Assembly: GCA_963742235.1 (NCBI GenBank)
Contig: CAVULT010000004.1
Coordinates: forward strand, 25,765-89,764
From: Candidatus Aminicenantes bacterium
GTDB lineage: Bacteria; Acidobacteriota; Aminicenantia; Aminicenantales; Saccharicenantaceae
Direction: 5' to 3'
Length of the DNA: 64,000 bases
Numbering within the stretch: the first letter of the stretch is position 1; every line of letters begins with the position of its first letter. The notes under the pieces are model-generated. The model had not been told where the DNA came from and ran no database searches. It saw only the letters and a program-made list of their open reading frames with translations. Position numbers and translations under genes: made by a program. Below, one piece after another: positions 57,333 to 64,000 of this stretch.

Positions 57333-57478
57333 TCATCGGGTGCGACTTCCCTCGCGATATCGACGCGGCGGAGGACCGCGAGAGGCAGAATGCCGTGCTC
57401 GTATTTGCCCCGCTTGAAAGCATCGCGGATAAGATCCGACACTCCCCCGATGAAGCTGACGATCTCGTTATGGTACAT
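57320..57478 (-). pseudogene. hsdM: N-terminal stump (52 codons) of a type I R-M methyltransferase HsdM
   Basis: It falls below the ORF-track length cut-off. My translation is MYHNEIVSFIGGVSDLIRDAFKRGKYEHGILPLAVLRRVDIAREVAPDDCPE*. Up to LRRVD it matches the HsdM N-terminal signature (FIW..ADLLRG.YK...Y..VILP..VLRRLD), then it diverges and stops. Confidence 0.55.
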
Positions 57479-57575
57479 AGGGGCTTCTCCCTGGAAGGCA
57501 TCCCCAGAAACGCACGAATGCTAGACTTGAGAATAGCCCTGCGCGCGAAGCGAAGTCAACAATGTTGAGGACTGC

Positions 57576-58477
57576 CTACATCTTCTCGAGGGCGGCGATG
57601 CGCTCCTCGATGGGCGGGTGGGTGCTGAAGAGCCGGTTGACGCCGGCGCCCCCTTGATGTTCTTGAGGGGATTGACGATGTAGAGGTGGGCCGTGGCCTT
57701 GTTGGCCGCCTCGAGGGGCTCGGTGTCGGCCGAGATCTTGCGCAGGGCCGAGGCCAGGCCGGCCGGGTAGCGGGTCAGCATGGCCCCGTTCGCGTCGGCC
57801 AGGAACTCGCGCTTGCGCGAGACGGCCAGCTGGATGATCGTGGCGATAAGCGGCGAGAGGACGGCCAGGGCGAGGCCGACGAGGACGAGGACGCCGCCGG
57901 CGGCGCCTCCGCCTCCCCGGCCGCGGCCGCGCCGCCGGCCGCCGCCCCACAGGAAGGTCCTCAGCATCCAGTCGCTGAGCAGGGCCACGATGCCGGCCAT
58001 GACGACGACGAGCGTCGAGAGCCGGACGTCGTAGTTCTTGATGTGGGACATCTCGTGGGCGATGACGCCCTCGAGCTCGACCCGGTTGAGCTTCTCGAGG
58101 AGGCCGGTCGTGACGCAGATGACGGCCGTCTCGGGCTTGCGGCCCGCGGCGAAGGCGTTGGGGGCGGTGTCGTCGATGACGTAGCACTTGGGCGTCGGGA
58201 TGCCGGCGGCGATGGCCAGGCCTTCGACGACGTTATAGAGGTAGGGGAATTCGTCCTTGGTCGCCGGCCGGGCCCGGCTGATGGCCAGGACGATCTTGTC
58301 GCTCGCATAGTAGCCGGCCGCGGCCATGCCCATGGCCACGATGACGGCCAGGACGAGGCCGCCCTTGCCCCAGCCCGTCACATACTCGAAGAACCAGGTC
58401 AGGACGAAGATGAAGGCGATGAAGAAGACGATGAGGGCGACGGATTTCCACTTGTTGCGCGAGATCTGTTCGTACAT
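57576..58477 (-). pseudogene. htpX: HtpX-like M48 zinc metalloprotease with one frame change near the 3' end (possibly artefact)
   Basis: GVIAHEMSHIKNYD (HExxH). The conserved C-terminus LFSTHPPIEERIAALEKM is in the frame of ORF 57576-58187. The switch occurs at the C5 run 57649-57653, where one more G would give KGGAGVNRLFSTHPP. Confidence 0.8.
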
Positions 58478-58536
58478 GGCCGGCCCCTATGACGAGGCCG
58501 CGACCCGATAGGTGACATGTATCCTCGTCCCGATCA

Positions 58537-59091
58537 TCAGAACTGGACTTTGACCGGGCCCTTGGCGACCTCTTCCTCGATCTGGAAGTATTCCCGCGGC
58601 TTGAAGCCGAACATGTTGGCGATGATGCTCGAGGGGAAGACCTGCTGGCGCATGTTGTACTTCATGACCATGTCGTTGTAGAACTGCCGGGCGTAGGCGA
58701 CCTTGCTCTCGGTGCCGGCCAGCTCCTCCTGGAGCATGAGGAAGTTCTGGTTGGCCTTGAGCTCGGGATAGTTCTCGGCGACGGCGAACAGGGACTTCAG
58801 GGCGCCGGTCAGGACGTTGTCGGCCTGGCCCTGCTCCTTGACGGTCTGGGCGCCCACGGCGGCGGCCCGGGCCTGGGTCACCTTCTCGAAAACGCCGCTC
58901 TCGTGCTTGGCGTAGCCCTTGACGGTTTCCACCAGGTTCGGGATGAGGTCGTAGCGGCGGCGGAGCTGGACGTCGATCTGGGACCAGCCGTTGTCGCAGC
59001 GGTTGCGAAGCGTGATCAGGCTGTTGTACATGCCGATCGCGATCAGCGCGACGGCCGCGATGATGACAAGCAGGAAGATCAGAGCACCCAT
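58537..59091 (-). CDS. LemA family protein
   Basis: N-terminal TM helix, then [43 protein letters not shown]. Confidence 0.9.
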   Translation of the reverse strand: MGALIFLLVIIAAVALIAIGMYNSLITLRNRCDNGWSQIDVQLRRRYDLIPNLVETVKGYAKHESGVFEKVTQARAAAVGAQTVKEQGQADNVLTGALKSLFAVAENYPELKANQNFLMLQEELAGTESKVAYARQFYNDMVMKYNMRQQVFPSSIIANMFGFKPREYFQIEEEVAKGPVKVQF

Positions 59092-59232
59092 TCTTTCCTC
59101 CTTCGGACCTGGGGTCCGTTCTTAACAATACGGGGCCGGGGCCGAAAAATCAAGGCCCGGCGCCCGGCGTGAGCGGGCGGATGTCGATAAGGGGAAATAC
59201 GCAGCCCCGACCCAATGGTTTCCGGCGTCAAA

Positions 59233-59290
59233 TCGGGGACACAATACCAATTTCCGATTTGAAAATGGGAAATTGGTATTGTGTCCCTGA
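59233..59290. repeat. Palindromic element H3 (20-bp perfect stem, extendable with G-T)
   Basis: GGGACACAATACCAATTTCC (59236-59255), loop gatttgaaaatg, then GGAAATTGGTATTGTGTCCC (59268-59287). Confidence 0.9.
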
Positions 59291-59352
59291 ATTCTCTATA
59301 ATCGCAAGCCGTCACGAGCCGGCTCTCTCCAAGCCGGACCGAGGAGGTTTCC

Positions 59353-62300
59353 ATGAAGAAAGCAACCGTCGCCGCCATCGTATTTTGTGTCGCACTGCCG
59401 GCCGTCCTGGCCGCTCGCGCCCAAGCCCCAACGAGCTCGAAGCCGGAAGCTAAACCCGCGGCTAAAGCGGCGCCCGCGCCCCGGCTCACGGCGGAGCTCC
59501 TCACGGGGCTCGCCTTCCGCAACATCGGCCCGGCCATCATGTCCGGCCGCATCAGCGACATCGCCATCCATCCCCGAGAGCGGCACACCTGGTACGTCGC
59601 CGTCGGCTCGGGCGGCGTGTGGAAGACCGAGAACGCCGGCACGACCTGGACGCCGGTCTTCGACGGCCAAGGGTCGTATTCGATCGGCTGCGTCACGATC
59701 GACCCGCCAACCCGGAAACGGTCTGGGTCGGCACGGGCGAGAACGTCAGCGGCCGCCACGTCGGCTTCGGCGACGGCGTCTACAAGAGCCTCAACGGCGG
59801 CAAGACCTGGACGAACATGGGGCTGAAGACGTCCGAGCACATCGGCCGGATCCTCGTGGACCCGCGCAACTCCGACGTCGTCTACGTCGCCGCCGAGGGG
59901 CCGCTGTGGTCGACGGGCGGCGAGCGCGGCCTCTACAAGACCACCGACGGCGGCAAGACCTGGACGCTCGTCCTCGGGATCGACAAGGACACCGGCGTCA
60001 CCGAGCGCCGAGCTCGACCCGGCGAACCCCGACATCGCTCTACGCGGCGGCCTACCAGCGCCGCCGCAGCGTCGCCGCGTTCATGGGCGGCGGCCCCGAG
60101 TCCGGCATCTACAAGAGCACCGACGCCGGCAAGACCTGGCGGAAGCTCACGGTCGGCCTGCCCGCGGGCGACATGGGCAAGATCGGCCTGGCGGTCTCGC
60201 CCGATCGACCCGAGCGTCGTCTACGCCACGGTCGAGGCGTCGACCGGAGGAGACGCGGCTTCTACCGCTCCACCGACCGCGGCGAGAGCTGGGAGAAGCG
60301 CAACTCGTACATCAGCGGCGGCACCGGGCCGCACTACTACCAGGAGATCTTCGCCGACCCGAACGCTTCGACCGCGTCTACCTGATGGACCCGGGCCTCA
60401 GGTCACCGACGACGGCGGCAAGACCTGGCGCCGCGTCGACGAGAAGAACAAGCACGGCGACAACCACGCGATGGCGTTCGTCAAGGGCGACCCCGACTAC
60501 CTCCTCAACGGCAGCGACGGCGGCGTCTACGAGAGCCGTACGACCGCGCCAAGACCTGGCGCTTCTTCGAGAACCTGCCCGGTCACCCAGTTCTACAAGA
60601 TCGCGCTCGACAACGCCCTGCCCTTCTACAACGTCCACGGCGGCACGCAGGACAACGGCAGCCAGTGCGGGCCGTCGCAGACCCTCAACGCCAACGGCAT
60701 CACCAACGTCGACTGGTTCGATCACCTTCGGCGCCGACGGCTATACACTGCGCCATCGATCCGACCGACCCGAACACGATCTACGTCGAGTGGCAGGAGG
60801 GCAACCTGCTGCGCTACGACCGGAAGAGCCACGAGACGCGTCTACATCAGCCCGCGGGCCGGAGCCGGGCGATCCGCCGCTGCGCTTCAACTGGGACTCG
60901 CCGATCCTCGTCAGCCCGCACTCGCACACGCGCCTCTACTACGCCGGCCAGTTCGTCTGGCGCAGCGACGACCGCGGCGACTCGTGGACGCGGTCAGCCC
61001 CGACCTCACGCGCAACATCTTCCGGCTCGAGCAGCCGATCATGGGCCGGCGTGGAGCGCGGACGCGCTGTGGGACCACGGCGGCCATGTCGCTGTTCGCC
61101 ACGATCACGATCGCTCAGCGAATCGCCGCCCAGGACGAGGGCTGATCTACGCCGGGACCGACGACGGGCTCATCCAGGTGACGGAGGACGGCGGCAAGAC
61201 CTGGCGGAAGGTCGACAAGCTGCCCGGCGTCCCCGAGCACTTCTTCGTCAACGACATCAAGGCCGTCCAGGCTCGACACGACACGGTCTACGCGGCCGTC
61301 GACAACCACAAGACCGGCGACTACAGGCCCTACCTGCTGAGGAGCGCCGACCGCGGCCGGACCTGGACCATCGATCGCCGGCGACCTGCCACAGCGCGAC
61401 GCTCGTCTGGGCGCGTCGCCCAGGACCACGTCAAGAAGGACCTGCTCTTCGCCGGCACCGAGTTCGGCATCTACGTCACGCTCGACGGCGGCAAGCGCTG
61501 GATGAAGCTCGGCGGCGGCGTGCCCGACCATCGCGTTCCGCGACATCGAAGATCCAGGAGCGGGAGAGCGACCTGGTCGGCGCGTCGTTCGGCCGCGGCT
61601 TCTTCGTCCTCGACGACTACTCGCCGCTGCGCCAGATCGACGAGGAGTCCTGGCCAGAAGAGCGCGCTGCTCTTCCCCGTCAAGAAGGCGCTCCAGTACA
61701 TCCCGCAGACGCCGATCGGGTCGAGCGGCAAGGGCATGCCTCGGCGAGACGTACTATCTCGCGCCCAACCCGCCGTTCGGCGCCGTCTTCACCTATTACC
61801 TGAAGGACGGCGCTGAAGACCGGCCGCAGGCGAGGCGCGACGCCGAAGAAGGCGCCAAGCTCGTCAAGGCCGGCAAGCCCGTCCCCTTCCCCGGCTGGAC
61901 AGCTGCGCACGGAGAGCCGAGGAGAAGCCGGCGATCATCCTCACGGTCACGGACGCGGCGGGCCAGGTGGTGCGCCGGATCACGGGGCCGGCCGGCGAAG
62001 GGCCTCCACCGCGTGGCCTGGGACCTGCGCTACGCGGCGCGTCGATCCGACGCAGCTCGAATCCGCCGTCCGCGAGGAATAGGAGCGGCGCCCCGCAGGG
62101 CCCGCTGGTCGTCCCCGGGCACGTTCACCGTCACCTTGGCCAAAGTCGCGGAGGCGTCACACGCCGCTCGCCGGGCCGCAGGCTTCGTCGTCGAGTCGCT
62201 CGGCCTGGCGCGATGCCGGAGAAGGACCGGGCCGCCCTCCTGGCGTACCAGAAGAAGGCGGGCGAGCTGCAGCGGGCGATGATGGGCGCGGGCGCGGCAG

Positions 62301-62694
62301 CCGAGGACGCCTTGAAGAACCTGGCCTACATCAAGAAGGCGATCCTCGATACCCCCCGGCCGATCCGAAGCTGGCGGAGGCGGCCCGGGCCATCGAAAAG
62401 CGGCTCCAGGACGAGCTCACGGTCCTTCTCGGCGACCGGACAAAAGGCAAGCGCTCCGAGCCGACAGAGCCGTCGCTGATGGAGCGGGTTAGCGGCCCAG
62501 CTCGACGCCACCGGCCCGATCACGGCGACCGTGCGGCGGGACTACGAGATCGCGGCCGCCGGATTCGAGAAACTGCTTGCGGAAATGCGTCAGACGATCG
62601 AGGTCGACCTGAGGAAGCTTGGCGGTCAGACCTCGAGGCCGCCGGCGCGCCCTGGACGCCGGGCCGCGGCGTGCCCGTCTGGAAGAAGAAATGA
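59353..62694 (+). pseudogene. BNR/sortilin(VPS10)-type repeat glycosyl-hydrolase-like secreted protein, riddled with frame changes
   Basis: Signal peptide MKKATVAAIVFCVALPAVLAARA. Repeated S/T-x-D-x-G-x-T-W motifs (TENAGTTW, LNGGKTW, TTDGGKTW, STDAGKTW, TDDGGKTW, TEDGGKTW, LDGGKRW). The sensible sequence hops among all three frames (ORFs 59353, 59387, 59619, 60385, 60665, 61967, 62013, 62479, 62531). Confidence 0.7.
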
Positions 62695-62706
62695 GCTGAA
62701 GAGAAA

Positions 62707-62764
62707 TCGGGGACACAATACCAATTCCCCAATTTAAAATGGGGAATTGGTATTGTGTCCCCGA
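62707..62764. repeat. Palindromic element H4 (24-bp perfect stem), near-identical to H3
   Basis: TCGGGGACACAATACCAATTCCCC (62707-62730), loop aatttaaaat, then GGGGAATTGGTATTGTGTCCCCGA (62741-62764). Confidence 0.9.
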
Positions 62765-62769
62765 ATTAA

Positions 62770-64000
62770 TTACCAGCTGTCGGTACGGAAGGGCGAAGCC
62801 GGCAGGCCCTCCTTGTTGGCCAGGTTCGGCACGGCCAGCTGGTGCCAGCCGAAGCGGACGGCTTTCGGCGACGGGACGCGCGTGCTCCAGACGACGACCG
62901 TGTCCCCGGCGATCTTGGCCTCGGCTTTGTAGAAGATATGGTCCTCGCCGGCGATCTCGAACCACTTGAGCGGCTGGCCGTCGTTCGTGACGAGGCCTCC
63001 TCCGACGTGGTCGAAGGCGAGGCGGATCGGTTCCCGTCGACGGTCATGGACTTGTAGAGCGGTCCCGAGTAGACGAGCGTCTTCTCGCCGTAGGTGTTGG
63101 CCCTGGCCCAAAGAGACAGCCGATAGCCGACGTCCTTCTTGTTGGCCGGATGGATGTCGTTGAGGTTGGTGATGTCCGTGATGACGGCCATGCCCGTGTT
63201 GGGAATGCGCAGGGCGTTCATCTGGGCTTCCCAAATGTAAGGCAGCCGCAGGAAATCGGGGATGTCGCCCGTCGGCGTCTCCCGGTTGTAGCCGTAGTTG
63301 TAGGGGGCGAGCTGAACGTAATAGAAGGGAAAGTCGCCGAGCTGCCAGACCGTGCGCCAGCCCTGGATGAGAGCGGCCATCTTTTTCTCGTAGAAGAGAC
63401 CGTCGTTGCGGTTGTTCTCGCCCTGGTACCAGATGGCGCCGCGGATGGCCAAAGGCGTCAGGGCGTGGATCATGCCGTTGTAGAGGGTCGTCGGCGCCTG
63501 GGGATTGTCGTAGGGATTGGACGGGAGATCCGGCTTGGGGCCGAGCGGCTGAGCGGGTTTGGCCGTCAAAGCCTTGCGGCTCTCGCGGACCCAGGTCTCC
63601 AACGGCGGCAAAGCCTTCGGCGAGAGCCTCCCGGTACTCGGCGTATTTCGCCATCTGGCTATCGAGCAGGGGCTTCACCTCGGGCACGGCGGCGAACCCG
63701 GCCGGCGGCGTCCAGGGCTCGATGTCCGTCCCGCCCCAGGCCGACGCGATCAGCCCGACCGGAACGCCCAGCCGCTTGTGGATCTCGAGGCCGAAATAGT
63801 AGCCGACGGCCGAGAATGGCCGAACGGTATCCGGCGAAATGGCTCCCACTTCGCGACGAGGTCACCCTCGGGCCTGTCGGCCGTTCGCTTGGGTACGAGG
63901 AAAAGGCGCATATTCGGGTTGTCCGCCCTGAGAGCGTCGGGGTCAGGAACGGGAGCCAGTCCATGGACATTTCCATATTGGACTGGCCCGAGCACAGCCA
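62770..64000 (-). pseudogene. Sialate O-acetylesterase (SASA/DUF303) family carbohydrate esterase; frame-shifted, with the 5' end beyond the window
   Basis: CSGQSNMEMSM (GQSNM motif) near 63950. SAVGYYFGLEIHKRLGVPVGLIASAWGGTDIEPW. AIRGAIWYQGENN. The C-terminal part is FEIAGEDHIFYKAEAKI...FRTDSW. The segments lie in different frames, with at least 4 switches. Confidence 0.65.

Noticed and set aside
57205-57524. Track ORFs 57205-57417(+), 57276-57524(+) and 57304-57501(-).
   Set aside because: None has a recognisable sequence. The minus-strand frame not listed in the track (52 codons, below the length cut-off) gives a clear HsdM N-terminal signature and better explains this stretch.
59169-59453. 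Small ORFs containing MGNWYCVP (59169-59453, 62739-62969, 62520-62732) and MGTFLFF (ends of 15559-17055 and 16955-17782).
   Set aside because: These peptides are simply translations of the palindromic elements H1, H3 and H4 on either strand. Their repetition reflects the DNA repeat, not a protein family.
59233-62764. CRISPR-like interpretation of the repeated GGGGACACAATACCAATT sequences.
   Set aside because: There are only two copies, 3.4 kb apart. Each is itself a full palindrome, there is no regular spacer array and no cas genes.

Overview
This window is a high-GC (by eye about two-thirds G+C) bacterial chromosome segment. The gene content includes a GWxTD lipoprotein, DUF4382/CarboxypepD_reg lipoproteins, a BNR/sortilin-type glycosidase and many TPR lipoproteins. 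That mix suggests an Acidobacteriota-like organism, which is inference only.

Core genes:
- rplM-rpsI and rpsB-tsf-pyrH-frr
- der, xerD and polX
- ssrA (tmRNA), tRNA-Leu(CAG) and tRNA-Asp(GTC)

Other chromosomal content:
- two TetR-controlled tripartite RND efflux operons
- an ECF sigma/anti-sigma operon
- a glycan/protein-degradation cluster: GH27 alpha-galactosidase, M28 peptidase, two DUF4382 lipoproteins

Accessory content:
- (i) A lower-GC operon at 37.7-39.7 kb encodes a small TM peptide, a monohaem cytochrome c and a Cyc2-like fused cytochrome-porin.
- (ii) An AT-rich islet at 48.4-51.3 kb abuts the 3' end of tRNA-Asp. It carries an AbiEi-like and an AbiEii-like gene in an atypical convergent, 3'-overlapping arrangement, plus a start-less gene fragment.
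- (iii) A second low-GC islet at 54.5-57.5 kb carries a canonical abiEi-abiEii pair, an uncharacterised 363-aa ORF and a 52-codon N-terminal stump of a type I hsdM.

Four long perfect palindromes (20-26 bp stems) sit in intergenic regions. Two are near-identical copies that bracket one gene.

Caveat: several genes carry frame changes, and the ones I could place sit at short homopolymers. Their density is extreme from 59.4 kb to the window end. I read this as more likely sequence-quality or assembly error than biology, so all pseudogene calls are provisional. No CRISPR array, rRNA, transposase or phage integrase was seen.
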